64,000 nucleotides of DNA, taken from NCBI GenBank assembly GCA_021816765.1, contig JAKAXB010000007.1:51489-115488 (forward strand), given 5' to 3'. Numbering within the stretch: position 1 is the first letter of the stretch; the number at the start of each line of letters is the position of its first letter. Origin of the DNA: Natronospirales bacterium (lineage in GTDB: Bacteria; Pseudomonadota; Gammaproteobacteria; Natronospirales; REEB76). Below are positions 46,747 to 59,303 of the stretch, piece after piece. The translations under genes and the position numbers were made by a program. The notes beneath the pieces are model-generated. The model made no database searches, was not told the origin of the DNA, and saw only the letters and a program-made list of their open reading frames with translations.

Positions 46747-47363
46747 CGGTTATGATCAATGCCAATGAACCTGGTTCGCATACTCTTAAATCGTCGCTAT
46801 TTGATCCAAAATCATTGCATGGATTGTCGGAAGGGCTCGTGACATCGCATTGGGAGAATAACTATGGCGGTGCGGTGAGGCGTCTCAATGCTATCGAGAA
46901 GAAGCTCGCGGAACTGGATTGGACTGCTGCGCCGGTGTTTACGGTGAATGGCCTGAAACGCGAGGAACTGATCGCCATGAATTCGGTGGTGCTGCATGAG
47001 GTGTATTTTGAAAGCCTCGGCGCGAGCGAGCCCGGCACCGCCTTCAGGGCTCAAGTGGACCAAGACTTCGGTGGGCTTGATAAATGGGCCGCCCAATTCA
47101 CCGCGATGGGCAAAGCATTGGCTGGCGGTTCCGGCTGGGTGCTGCTGTGCTGGAACCCGCACGATGGAAAACTTCTCAATACTTGGGCCGCTGACCACAC
47201 GCATAACTTGGCCGGGGCCACGCCCATCTTGGCGCTGGACATGTACGAGCACAGTTACCACATGGATTTTGGTGCACAGGCGGGTGCCTACGTCGACACG
47301 GTGATGAAGAACCTTAACCTGACCACCGCCTCGGCCAAACTCGATACCCTGAAAGGACAGTGA
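46743..47363 (+). CDS. divergent Fe/Mn superoxide dismutase family protein (ChrC-like)
   Basis: SOD ligand contexts SHWENNY, LHEVYF and DMYEHSYH. The GTG at 46743 overlaps the upstream stop (alternative ATG at 46752). Confidence 0.8.
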   Translation: MTVMINANEPGSHTLKSSLFDPKSLHGLSEGLVTSHWENNYGGAVRRLNAIEKKLAELDWTAAPVFTVNGLKREELIAMNSVVLHEVYFESLGASEPGTAFRAQVDQDFGGLDKWAAQFTAMGKALAGGSGWVLLCWNPHDGKLLNTWAADHTHNLAGATPILALDMYEHSYHMDFGAQAGAYVDTVMKNLNLTTASAKLDTLKGQ

Positions 47364-47401
47364 CATGGCCGCGCACAACGGACTCGTTGCCGCAGCAAAA
47401 A

Positions 47402-48226
47402 CTAGCGCGATCGCAGTGCCAGCAAAGTGTCGGTAGGCGGCCGTACGCCGCGCCACACATAGAACGACTCCGCCGCCTGCTCCACCAGCATCCCCCAGCC
47501 ATCCAGCACCAGCCCCGCGCCTTCAAGCACGGCCCAGTGCATGAACACCGTGGGCCGATCGGCATAGGTCAGGTCGTAGCACACCGCGCCGGGATTGAGG
47601 CAGTCGTGGGGTAATGGCTGCAGTTCGCCGGCGAGACTTGCGGACGTGGCGTTAATCACCAGGTCGAAGCTGTTCGTGCCCAGGGAATCGAAGCCGCCGC
47701 CCGTGATGCGCTGGTTGCGGGCGTGGCGCCCGGCCAATTTATGCGCCCGCTCCGCCGTACGGTTGGCAATGTGTACCCACAGCGGCTTTTCGGCGAGCAG
47801 CGCCGGCAGCACGCCGCGTGCGGCACCGCCGGCACCCAGGAGCAGAACGCGTGCACCCTGGATACGCACATGCTGGTTGTGGGTGAGATCACGCATCAAC
47901 CCTGTGCCATCGGTATTATCGCCGGCAAGGGTACCGTCCGCGCGCATATACAGGGTATTCACGACGCGGGCTTTCCTGGCCCGCGGCGCATGCACATGGC
48001 AGAGGGCGAAGGCTTCTTCCTTGAAGGGCAGCGTTACATTCAATCCCTTGCCGCCGGAGGCGATGAATTGCCTGAGTGCCGCGGCGAAAGTGCCGGGCGC
48101 CGCCTCGATGCGCGCGTAATGCACCGGCTCGCCGGTGAGGCGCGCGAACTCGGCATGGATCTCCGGCGAACGGCTGTGGCTCACGGGATAGCCGATGATG
48201 GCGTAGCGGTCGGAGACGTGGTGCAT
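47402..48226 (-). CDS. aroE: shikimate dehydrogenase
   Basis: YAIIGYPVSHSRSPEIH, NVTLPFKE, NTDG and LGAGGAARG. Confidence 0.9.
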   Translation of the reverse strand: MHHVSDRYAIIGYPVSHSRSPEIHAEFARLTGEPVHYARIEAAPGTFAAALRQFIASGGKGLNVTLPFKEEAFALCHVHAPRARKARVVNTLYMRADGTLAGDNTDGTGLMRDLTHNQHVRIQGARVLLLGAGGAARGVLPALLAEKPLWVHIANRTAERAHKLAGRHARNQRITGGGFDSLGTNSFDLVINATSASLAGELQPLPHDCLNPGAVCYDLTYADRPTVFMHWAVLEGAGLVLDGWGMLVEQAAESFYVWRGVRPPTDTLLALRSR

Positions 48227-48326
48227 ATCCGGGCCCCTTGGAAGTTCAGCTGGCGGGCGGGTACGGCCGGTTTCATGAACTGCGACAATCCCCGCATGCT
48301 ATCGGAAACGGCTGCCAGAAAACTTT

Positions 48327-49418
<1,092 letters not shown>

Positions 49419-49530
49419 TCAAGGGGGCAGCCGCGGTGTGTGTGGCAGGCAGGATTATACTGACGGCCTTGCGCCGCCGATTTGATCGGATGCGTGTAAC
49501 AAACTCCTGTCCGCGCGGGTCTTAAGGCAC

Positions 49531-50043
49531 ATGGCTGTCCGCCAACATCGCTTCGAAATCCTCGCCCGCGCGCTGGTGCCGGGGCTGTACCGCTACGCCT
49601 GGTGGTTGTGCCGCGATCACACCCTGGCCGAGGATCTGGTGCAGGAAACCCTGTTGCGCGCCTGGCGCTCGCTGGACTCATTGCGTGAGGAAGCAGCGGC
49701 GCGCCAGTGGCTGATCACCATCCTGCGCCATGAATTCGTCCGCGAGCTCTCCAAGCGCAGGGAAACGGTGGACATCCATGATCTGCCGCTGGCAGACCCG
49801 CATGCCAGCGTGGGTGGCGCCGATACGGATGTACAGGATGTGCGCCGCGCCATGCACAAGCTCGAACCTGAATACCGCGAACCCCTGGTGCTGCAGGTAC
49901 TCATGGGCTGTACCACACAGGAGATCGCAGAATTATTGAATCTGACCCAGGGCGCGGTGTTGACGCGCCTGTTCCGCGCCCGTAACCAGTTGCGTGAACT
50001 GCTGGGTGGCGGTGCCGCGCAGATAAGCGAGGATGTCGCATGA
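49531..50043 (+). CDS. ECF-type RNA polymerase sigma-70 factor
   Basis: Region 2 DLVQETLLRAW. Region 4 QEIAELLNLTQGAVLTRLFRARNQL. Confidence 0.85.
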   Translation: MAVRQHRFEILARALVPGLYRYAWWLCRDHTLAEDLVQETLLRAWRSLDSLREEAAARQWLITILRHEFVRELSKRRETVDIHDLPLADPHASVGGADTDVQDVRRAMHKLEPEYREPLVLQVLMGCTTQEIAELLNLTQGAVLTRLFRARNQLRELLGGGAAQISEDVA

Positions 50044-50759
50044 ATGCCAGCACCACCTGTCTCGAAGTACGCCGCATCCTCGGCGCCGAACCGCAGCGCC
50101 GCGACCCGGCGATTCTGGAGCACTGCCAAACGTGCGCCGCCTGCGCCGCGTTCCTTAAAGAGATGCTGGCGCTGGATGCGCGTCTTGAACACGCCCTCGC
50201 GGTGGAAGTGCCGGAAGGTCTGGAGGCGCGCATCGTGTTCCACACCTCTTTCAGGTATCTGCTGCCGCAACGCCGCTATGCGTGGCTTGCCACGGCCGCC
50301 GGTATGGTGCTTGCCATCGGTTTGGGCGTCGGTGTTTGGCAGATGCGCGTGCGTGAGGGCAATATGCCGCTCGCCGAGGCGGTGGTGCAGCGCGTCGTGC
50401 AGCGGCCCCAGGCGCTGCTGGCCGGTGCTACACCCATGAGTGATGCGTATGTAAGCGCGGTTCTGCAACGCGTGGGCGCGAAGCTGCAGGGCAATATGGG
50501 GCCGATTACCTACGCGGATACCTTTTATCTGCGCGGTCAAATGGGGGCACAGCTGGTGATGATGACGCCACACGGCGCGGTCACGCTGCTGCTCCTGCCG
50601 CACATTCATGTGGACAAGCCCATGCAGATGGACAAGCAGGGATTCCATTGCATGATCGAGCCCATGGGCATTGGCAGTATCGCCATCGTCGCCAGCGCCG
50701 CCATGCCCATGCACGGCATGGAGCACCACATCATGTCCATGGTGCAGTGGACCACCTGA
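50040..50759 (+). CDS. putative anti-sigma factor (DUF3379-like, zf-HC2-type N-terminus, one TM)
   Basis: 4-nt overlap with the sigma gene. Contains CLEVRRILGAEP...HCQTCAACAAF. TM segment WLATAAGMVLAIGLGVGVW. Confidence 0.55.
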   Translation: MNASTTCLEVRRILGAEPQRRDPAILEHCQTCAACAAFLKEMLALDARLEHALAVEVPEGLEARIVFHTSFRYLLPQRRYAWLATAAGMVLAIGLGVGVWQMRVREGNMPLAEAVVQRVVQRPQALLAGATPMSDAYVSAVLQRVGAKLQGNMGPITYADTFYLRGQMGAQLVMMTPHGAVTLLLLPHIHVDKPMQMDKQGFHCMIEPMGIGSIAIVASAAMPMHGMEHHIMSMVQWTT

Positions 50760-50872
50760 AAAGCACATCCCCGGGTGCAGCGGGTGTTTCACCTGAAGCC
50801 TGCTCCCCCGAACACCGTATGGCGGCCGGGCATTTATAATGACCCGCCCCCGCCACTTGCTGCTTCTCCAGT

Positions 50873-51370
50873 ATGAAACTCATCAACCGCGATCTCATTG
50901 CCGGACTGCATGCGGTCGCGTGCGTCGCACCGCGTCTGCGTACCCATTACAACTTACATGCTTCCCATGAGGACGACATCCAGCGCGTGTGCATGGTCAT
51001 GGAACCCGGTACTTACGTGCGCCCGCACCGGCATCCTGACAAGTGGGAACTGCTGCTTATCATCAGTGGCGAGATGCTGGTGCTTACTTTTGACGACCAC
51101 GGCAAGGTGCTGACCCACACCGTGCTCTCGGCGGGCGGCAATACCTGTGGCCTGGAGAATTCCGCCGGCACTTGGCATGCGGTGGCGACGCTCGCCTCCT
51201 CCACGGTGGTGCTGGAGGTGAAAGCCGGGCCCTACGTACCCACGGCGGAGCGGGACTTCGCTTTCTGGGCGCCACCGGAAGGCCATGCACGCGCCCCGGA
51301 ATTGGAGTGCTGGTACCGCAGCGCCCGGCCCGGCGATCAATGGCCGGCATTGAACACATGGCGCGGGTGA
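50873..51370 (+). CDS. WbuC family cupin-fold metalloprotein
   Basis: PRLRTHYNLHAS..QRVCMVMEPGTYVRPHRHPDKWELLL...GTWHAV...EVKAGPY. Confidence 0.7.
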   Translation: MKLINRDLIAGLHAVACVAPRLRTHYNLHASHEDDIQRVCMVMEPGTYVRPHRHPDKWELLLIISGEMLVLTFDDHGKVLTHTVLSAGGNTCGLENSAGTWHAVATLASSTVVLEVKAGPYVPTAERDFAFWAPPEGHARAPELECWYRSARPGDQWPALNTWRG

Positions 51371-51936
51371 AGCAACGGTTGCAACGCTGTCCGTGGGCTT
51401 CACCGGACGATCCCGTGTACCTGGCCTATCATGACGAGGAATGGGGCATACCGGTGCATGACGAGCGGCGGCTATTCGAGTTTCTGATCCTGGAGGGCGC
51501 TCAGGCGGGATTAAGCTGGTCCACCATTCTGCACAAGCGCCAGCATTATCGGAAAGCGTTCGCGGGATTCGATCCAGGCAAGGTGGCGCGTTTCACCGCC
51601 CGCGACCGGGAGCGGCTGCTCAAGAACCCCGGCATCGTGCGCAACCGCTTGAAGATCGAGGCGGCCGTCACCAACGCCCGCGCTTTCATCAGACTGCAAC
51701 AGGAATTTGGCGGTTTTGACAACTACATCTGGCGTTTCGTGGGAGGAAAGCCGCTGCGTAACCGCTGGCTTGATATGAGCCAGGTGCCGAACCATACCGT
51801 TATCTCTGACGCCATGAGCAAGGATTTGAAGAAACACGACTTCAAGTTCGTGGGTAGCACTATCTGCTACGCTTTTATGCAAGCCACCGGCATGGTAAAT
51901 GACCACCTCACCGGATGTTTTCGTCATCGCCGCTGA
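51358..51936 (+). CDS. tag: DNA-3-methyladenine glycosylase I
   Basis: ORF 51172..51936 trimmed to the ATG at 51358. Contains RCPWASPDDPVYLAYHDEEWG, EGAQAGLSW and MQATGMVNDHL. Confidence 0.85.
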   Translation: MARVKQRLQRCPWASPDDPVYLAYHDEEWGIPVHDERRLFEFLILEGAQAGLSWSTILHKRQHYRKAFAGFDPGKVARFTARDRERLLKNPGIVRNRLKIEAAVTNARAFIRLQQEFGGFDNYIWRFVGGKPLRNRWLDMSQVPNHTVISDAMSKDLKKHDFKFVGSTICYAFMQATGMVNDHLTGCFRHRR

Positions 51937-52074
51937 GGACTTGGTCGCGACATTGGCCGGTGTATAATGCGCGGCTTCCAAACCCGCCCTGTACCGGCAG
52001 GCGGCTTCCAGCACGAATTTCCTGATGTTCAGGCAAACAACGCAGGCCGATTACCGCGCGCCCCAACCGATCCC

Positions 52075-52908
52075 ATGCACCTGCTCTCTCCCGAACTGTT
52101 GTTCGTAATCTCGATTCTGGCCGGCTTCATCGGCGCCATGAGCGGCATGGGCGGCGGGGTGGTGCTGATACCCGCACTGACGCTCCTCGGCCTTGATATC
52201 AAACATGCCATCGCCATCAGCATCGTCTCGGTCATCGCCACCTCCAGCGGGGCGGCTTCGGCGTATGTGCGCGACGGCGTGACCAATCTCAAGGTCGGCA
52301 TGTTTCTGGAGATGTTCACCATTCTTGGCGCCATCGTCGGCGCCACCGTCACGCTGGCGTCCGGGGACCAGGGTTTGTTCATCGCCTTCGGCGTGGTGCT
52401 GCTGTTCTCCGCAGCCACCCTGTTCCTGCGTCCCCACGATAAGGGCTACCTGCACCGGCAGGATGGCATGAGCCGTTGGCTGGAGCTCCATGGCAACTAC
52501 TACGATCACGCCGCCGGCGAGACCATTCAGTACCGCGGCCGGCTTTCCTATGTGGGCGGTCCGATGATGTTCGGTGCGGGTTTCATCGCCGGATTGCTCG
52601 GCATCGGCGCCGGCGCCCTCAAGGTGCTCATCCTGGATCTCGCCATGGGATTGCCGGCCAAGGTTTCCACTACCACCAGTAATCTCATCATAGGCGTCAC
52701 CGCACTTGCCGGCACCAGCATTTATCTGGTCGCCGGCCTGATTGATCCGGGCATCGCTGCGCCGGTGATTCTCGGCGTGGTGGCCGGGGCCTTCATGGGT
52801 ACGCGTTTGCTCAAGCGTCTGACCAACACTCATGTACGGCGCTTTTTTCTCGTGGTGCTGCTCATCGTCGGCGTCGAAATGCTGCTGCGCGGATTCAAGG
52901 TGATCTGA
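52075..52908 (+). CDS. TauE/SafE family sulfite/anion exporter
   Basis: FIGAMSGMGGGVVLIPALT, with a repeated half containing LLGIGAGALKVLIL. Confidence 0.8.
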   Translation: MHLLSPELLFVISILAGFIGAMSGMGGGVVLIPALTLLGLDIKHAIAISIVSVIATSSGAASAYVRDGVTNLKVGMFLEMFTILGAIVGATVTLASGDQGLFIAFGVVLLFSAATLFLRPHDKGYLHRQDGMSRWLELHGNYYDHAAGETIQYRGRLSYVGGPMMFGAGFIAGLLGIGAGALKVLILDLAMGLPAKVSTTTSNLIIGVTALAGTSIYLVAGLIDPGIAAPVILGVVAGAFMGTRLLKRLTNTHVRRFFLVVLLIVGVEMLLRGFKVI

Positions 52909-53354
52909 TGACAGGTTCGCAGGACAAACCGACGCAACCGGCAAACACCGTACCACCCGGAGCGGACGCCGGACAGCAAATCCCGCAGCAAGAACATGTG
53001 ATGGAGTTGCTGATCGGCTATCTGCTGCTTGCCGGCGTGCTGGCAAGCGTGACTTTGCTCATTGTCGGTCTGGTATGGCAAAAGATCATTAGCGGGCACT
53101 TCACCCTCAACTATCTCATCAGTGGCATGAATCTCTTCCAGTTTGTGACCGCCGATTTCCGCACGTTGCTGGGTGGTGCTTCCTTCGGGCCGCGGATATT
53201 CGTGAACCTGGGCATTGCCGCGCTGTTGCTCACCCCCTTTATCCGTGTGGTGGCCTCCGTGTTTTTCTTTGCGCTGGCCGAGCGTAACTGGAAATACACA
53301 CTATTCACCCTTTTCGTTGCGTCCGTGCTCACCTACAGCCTGTTTTTGCGTTGA
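52908..53354 (+). CDS. DUF1634 domain membrane protein
   Basis: The start overlaps the TauE stop, the typical TauE-DUF1634 pairing. Has 3-4 TM segments. Confidence 0.65.
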   Translation: MTGSQDKPTQPANTVPPGADAGQQIPQQEHVMELLIGYLLLAGVLASVTLLIVGLVWQKIISGHFTLNYLISGMNLFQFVTADFRTLLGGASFGPRIFVNLGIAALLLTPFIRVVASVFFFALAERNWKYTLFTLFVASVLTYSLFLR

Positions 53355-53371
53355 ATACGTTGTAATTCCAC

Positions 53372-54847
53372 TCAGCTGCCGAACAGCCGGCTCAGATCGG
53401 CGCGGATGGCGCGCAGTACCGCGTTATCGCTGAACACGGGGTGGTTCGGACTGCCGTTTGCGATCACTGCGAAGGCTCCCCACTGGCCGTTGTCAAAACG
53501 CAGATAACCCGCCACGCCCAGCACGGATACCGGTTGGTCGAGCGAGCCGGTCTTCACGGCGATCTGCGTCATCCAGCGGTCATCACCGCCTTGCAACATT
53601 TGTACCGGTGTATGCGCCGGTACCGTGAGCGCGCCCAGAAACGCCGGGAAATCACCATCATCCCGATACATTTGTGCCAGCAGGTTCACGAGATCCTCCG
53701 CAGAAACCCGGCTGCCAGTGCTCAATCCGCTGCCGCTCAGCAGTTGCGGCGGAGCATCGCCGCCTAGCATGCCGTGCCCCGCTCCGCCGCTGCGGGCGAG
53801 GAGCGCACCCGCCTGGGCAAGCGTGAATGGGCGCATTTGACCGGTATCGGCGGACAGATCCAATGCCAGCATGTCGGCGATGAAATTGTTGCTGTAGAGC
53901 AGCATGCCATGTACGAGCTCAGCGAGCGTGCGTCCCTGGATCATGGCCAGCGGCGCGCCCCGCGCCGCATCCGAGCTTACTGTAATGTGACCCGCCATGA
54001 CGATGCCGGCCTGCTGCAGAAATGCGCGTAGCAGCTGTCCGGCATAACGATCCGGATCGGATACGGCGCGGTATATTCTTTGCGGCCCGCTATCCAGCGG
54101 TACCGTGCCGCGCACTATCACTCGATCTTCACCATTCACCGTGACGCGTTCCACCTCAAGCTGCGGCGTGCGATTTGCGGCGGAGGTGCTGACTTGGGCG
54201 TCAAGTTGCAGCATCGGTACCGCGAACGGCGCGAGCGCGACCCGTGCCGTGGCACCGACGTGTGCGCCAGGCAAGACGATTACTTCCACAGTGCCGTAAT
54301 TAACCGCGGCGGCGGATAGGGGGGCATTGTAGGCGTCGGTACTGCGCGCCAGTGCGGCGCATCGGTCCGGCAATTCGCAGGCGAGTTTGCCGAAGCGGCT
54401 GATGTTCACCACCAGGCCGCCGGTCACCTCGCGTAAGCCCGCTGCATGCGCTGTATTCGCAAGCTGCCAGAGTTCTGCGTTGGTAAGACCCGGGTCCCCT
54501 CCGGGAAGGAACACCAGATCGCCTTCGAGCCGGCCGTCGTGCAGCGTGCCGTCAGCGAGCAGACGTGTGGTGAAACGGTATTGGGCACCGTAATGCCGGA
54601 GCACGGCTGCGGCGACGTAAAGTTTGGAGAGCGAGGCGGGAATGAGCCGCATGCCGGGATGCAGTGCCACCAGCCGGGAATTGTTTCCCAGGTTCACTAC
54701 CAGTGCGCTTACCTGGCAGTTGCACGCGGCAAGATCTCGTAATTCCGGGAATGGAAGTGGTTTCCCGTTCGCATGAACGGTGGCGGCCAACAGCATGCAA
54801 CCCGCGAAGGCGCAAATCCGTGCGGGCGGTATCAGCCAGCGTTTCAT
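53372..54847 (-). CDS. dacB: D-alanyl-D-alanine carboxypeptidase/endopeptidase (PBP4, S13 family)
   Basis: Signal peptide, active-site context PASLSKLY, and the motifs YSNNF and KTGSL. Confidence 0.85.
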   Translation of the reverse strand: MKRWLIPPARICAFAGCMLLAATVHANGKPLPFPELRDLAACNCQVSALVVNLGNNSRLVALHPGMRLIPASLSKLYVAAAVLRHYGAQYRFTTRLLADGTLHDGRLEGDLVFLPGGDPGLTNAELWQLANTAHAAGLREVTGGLVVNISRFGKLACELPDRCAALARSTDAYNAPLSAAAVNYGTVEVIVLPGAHVGATARVALAPFAVPMLQLDAQVSTSAANRTPQLEVERVTVNGEDRVIVRGTVPLDSGPQRIYRAVSDPDRYAGQLLRAFLQQAGIVMAGHITVSSDAARGAPLAMIQGRTLAELVHGMLLYSNNFIADMLALDLSADTGQMRPFTLAQAGALLARSGGAGHGMLGGDAPPQLLSGSGLSTGSRVSAEDLVNLLAQMYRDDGDFPAFLGALTVPAHTPVQMLQGGDDRWMTQIAVKTGSLDQPVSVLGVAGYLRFDNGQWGAFAVIANGSPNHPVFSDNAVLRAIRADLSRLFGS

Positions 54848-54905
54848 CCGGGCGGACGCCCCGTTGACTGGTTTCCTGGACAGCGCGCCTGTTTCGGATG
54901 AGCGA

Positions 54906-55358
54906 TCATGAGTCAGCGGGATTGTCATCACGACGGAAGATGCCATTGGAATCATGGAATGCCTTGAACTCCAGCGCATTGCCGCTGGGATCCTTGAAGA
55001 ACATCGTCGCTTGTTCGCCCACCTGCCCCTGGAAACGGATGCCGGGTTCGATGATGAATTTGACGCCTACGGTTTTCAGCTTGTCGGCGAGGATATGCCA
55101 CTGGTCCCATTCCAGGATCACGCCGAAGTGGCGTACCGGCACGTCCTCGCCGTCCACCGGGTTGGTGGCTGCGACAGTTTCCGGCGCCGCCAGGTGTGCC
55201 ACGATCTGATGACCGAAGAAATCAAAATCAATCCAGCGGTCCGATTCGCGGCCGGTGGGGCAGCCCAGCACCCCGGCGTAGAAGCACCGCGCTTCCTCCA
55301 GATCCTGCACCGGAAACGCCAGATGGAACGGCGGCAACTTTGATTCTTTACGCCTCAC
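54906..55358 (-). CDS. VOC (glyoxalase/bleomycin-resistance/dioxygenase) family protein
   Basis: [18 protein letters not shown]...HFGVIL...[13 protein letters not shown]. Confidence 0.7.
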   Translation of the reverse strand: MRRKESKLPPFHLAFPVQDLEEARCFYAGVLGCPTGRESDRWIDFDFFGHQIVAHLAAPETVAATNPVDGEDVPVRHFGVILEWDQWHILADKLKTVGVKFIIEPGIRFQGQVGEQATMFFKDPSGNALEFKAFHDSNGIFRRDDNPADS

Positions 55359-55376
55359 TTCTCACTCCTCACTTTC

Positions 55377-56854
<1,478 letters not shown>

Positions 56855-56860
56855 GACGCT

Positions 56861-59179
56861 TCAGGAGACGGCCGCTTCCGTCTCGGCAACAGACGCCAGT
56901 TCCGGTGCCGGTTCGGCAAAACCGCACTCCTTGCGCGGACACACGCGCTCGGTGCCTTTGCGCTTGGTGGTCTTGATCGTCAGGATAGGCCAGGCGCACT
57001 TGGGGCAGGGTGTGGCGATGGGCGGATTCCAGATGGCGTACTTGCAGTCCGGATAACGCGAGCAGGAATAGAAAATCTTGCCGTAACGCGACTTGCGCTT
57101 GAGGAATGTCCCCTGATGGCATTCGGGGCACGCCACGCCCATATCCTGGGGTTTCTCCAGCGGCTCGATGTACTTGCATTTGGGATAACTCGAGCAGCCG
57201 ATGAACTTGCCGTAACGGCCGCGGCGGATGATGAGATCCGAGCTGCATTGCGGGCACTGCCGGCCTGCCACTTTCTCCGGCTGACTGGCTTGCTCCGCGG
57301 TCTCATCCAGGTTGCGGGTGTAGTCACAGTCCGGGTAGCCGGTGCAGCCGATGAAACGGCCGCGTCGCCCCAGGCGGATGGACAGCGGCTTGCCGCACTT
57401 GGGACATTTTTCATCCATCTTTTCCGTAGTCACATCCTTGCGTGACACGTTCTCCTCCTTGTGGTCCACGAGCTTCTTGAACGGATCCCAGAACTCATGC
57501 ATCACCGGCACCCATTCCTTCTCGCCGCGGGAGACCGCATCCAGTTCGTCCTCCATCTTCGCGGTAAAGTCGTAGTCCACGTACTGGGTGAAATGCTGTG
57601 TCAGGAACTTGCTTACTACACGACCCACATCGGTGGGCTTGAAACGTTTGCGATCCATTTCCACGTACTCGCGCTGCTGCAGCGTGGAGATGATGGTGGC
57701 GTAGGTCGAAGGCCGGCCGATACCGTATTCCTCCAGCGCCTTGACGAGACTCGCTTCCGAATAGCGCGGCGGCGGTTCGGTGAAATGCTGATCGCACTGG
57801 ATGCCCTTGAGCGTGATGGTCTCGCCCGGCTTCAACGGCGGCAACAGGCGCTCTTCCTCATCTTCACCGTTGTCATCGCGGCCTTCCTGGTACACCGCCA
57901 TGAAGCCCGGTACCACCAGCACCGAGCCGGTGGCGCGGAAGGTGTTGTGCTCACCGGCATCCAGGTCGGCGGTGACGGTATCGAACACGGCCTGCTCCAT
58001 CTGGCAGGCGATGGTGCGCTTCCAGATGAGTTCGTATAGCTTGCGCTGTTCCTCGGTAAGCCTGCCGTGAATTTCCTCCGGTGCACGTGCCGCGGAAGTG
58101 GGGCGGATGGCCTCGTGGGCTTCCTGGGCATTCTTGGCCTTGGTCTTGTACATCCGCGGCGATTCCGGCAAGTGGTCCTCGCCGTAGCGTTTGGCGATGA
58201 CTTCGCGGATCTCGGTCACCGCTTCGGCGGCCAGGTTCACGGAATCGGTGCGCATGTAGGAGATCAGGCCCACCGGGCCTTCACCGGTAAGGTCTATGCC
58301 TTCATAGAGCTGCTGGGCCGTGCGCATGGTGCGCTGCGCGCCGAAACCGAGCTTGCGCGAGGCCTCCTGCTGCAGAGTGGAAGTGGTGAAGGGTGCGGCG
58401 GGGTTGCGCTTGCGCTGCTTCTTTTCCACCGCGGCAACCGTGAGCTTGCCGTTGGCGGACTTGAGCAGGACCTGTTCCGCGGCACGTGTAGTCTGCTCGT
58501 CGCGGAAGCTGAACTGCTCGACTTTCGTGCCCTGGTATTCCAGGAGCCGCGCGCTGAAGGGTTGCGTATCTTTCTCGACATCCGCCGCGATGCTCCAGTA
58601 TTCCTCGCTCTTGAATTTCTCGATTTCCTCCTCGCGCTCCACGATCAGACGCAATGCCGGGGATTGCACGCGGCCGGCCGAGAGGCCGCGACGGATTTTT
58701 TTCCACAACAGCGGCGACAGGTTGAAACCCACCAGGTAATCAAGCGCACGACGTGCCTGTTGGGCGTTTACCAGTTCGGTGGACAACGGCCGCGGATGCG
58801 CCACAGCGTCATTGATGGCGCGCTCGGTGATCTCATGGAACACGACGCGGTGTACTTCCTTGTCCTTGAGAGCACCGCGGTCCTTGAGGATTTCGTGGAG
58901 GTGCCAGGAGATGGCTTCGCCCTCGCGGTCCGGGTCGGTGGCGAGATACAGCGCACCCGCCTTCTTGAGAGCTTTGGCGATGGCATCCACATGCTTTTCA
59001 TTGCGCTCAATGAGCGCGTATTTCATGGTGAAGTCGTGCTCGGTATCCACCGCGCCCTCCTTGGGGACAAGGTCGCGCACATGGCCATAGGAAGCCAGCA
59101 CCTCGAAGCCCTTGCCGAGGTACTTCTTGATGGTTTTGGCTTTTGCGGGGGATTCAACGATGACGAGATTTTCACTCAT
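56861..59179 (-). CDS. topA: DNA topoisomerase I
   Basis: LVIVESPAKAKTI, the catalytic region SYMRTDS, and C-terminal C4 zinc ribbons (CPKCGKPL, CPQCSSDL, CPECHQG, CPKCAWP). Confidence 0.95.
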   Translation of the reverse strand: MSENLVIVESPAKAKTIKKYLGKGFEVLASYGHVRDLVPKEGAVDTEHDFTMKYALIERNEKHVDAIAKALKKAGALYLATDPDREGEAISWHLHEILKDRGALKDKEVHRVVFHEITERAINDAVAHPRPLSTELVNAQQARRALDYLVGFNLSPLLWKKIRRGLSAGRVQSPALRLIVEREEEIEKFKSEEYWSIAADVEKDTQPFSARLLEYQGTKVEQFSFRDEQTTRAAEQVLLKSANGKLTVAAVEKKQRKRNPAAPFTTSTLQQEASRKLGFGAQRTMRTAQQLYEGIDLTGEGPVGLISYMRTDSVNLAAEAVTEIREVIAKRYGEDHLPESPRMYKTKAKNAQEAHEAIRPTSAARAPEEIHGRLTEEQRKLYELIWKRTIACQMEQAVFDTVTADLDAGEHNTFRATGSVLVVPGFMAVYQEGRDDNGEDEEERLLPPLKPGETITLKGIQCDQHFTEPPPRYSEASLVKALEEYGIGRPSTYATIISTLQQREYVEMDRKRFKPTDVGRVVSKFLTQHFTQYVDYDFTAKMEDELDAVSRGEKEWVPVMHEFWDPFKKLVDHKEENVSRKDVTTEKMDEKCPKCGKPLSIRLGRRGRFIGCTGYPDCDYTRNLDETAEQASQPEKVAGRQCPQCSSDLIIRRGRYGKFIGCSSYPKCKYIEPLEKPQDMGVACPECHQGTFLKRKSRYGKIFYSCSRYPDCKYAIWNPPIATPCPKCAWPILTIKTTKRKGTERVCPRKECGFAEPAPELASVAETEAAVS

Positions 59180-59303
59180 AATATATACAGCAATACTACA
59201 AACGGTATCGCGGCAGCAACCCCGAGGTTTTTTATCGGGCGTTCGCGACGAGAACCAAACCCGCTGGGCGCTGTGTTTTGGCGGGTCTCAAGGCAAATTG
59301 CAA

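Noticed and set aside
49495-49524. ECF-like promoter motif GTAACA-N18-GTCTTA directly upstream of the ECF sigma gene (possible autoregulation).
   Set aside because: The spacer is longer than the usual 16-17 nt. The -10-like element ends only 6 nt before the ATG, so it would require a leaderless mRNA. The match to GGAAC/GTCTAA-type consensus is partial.
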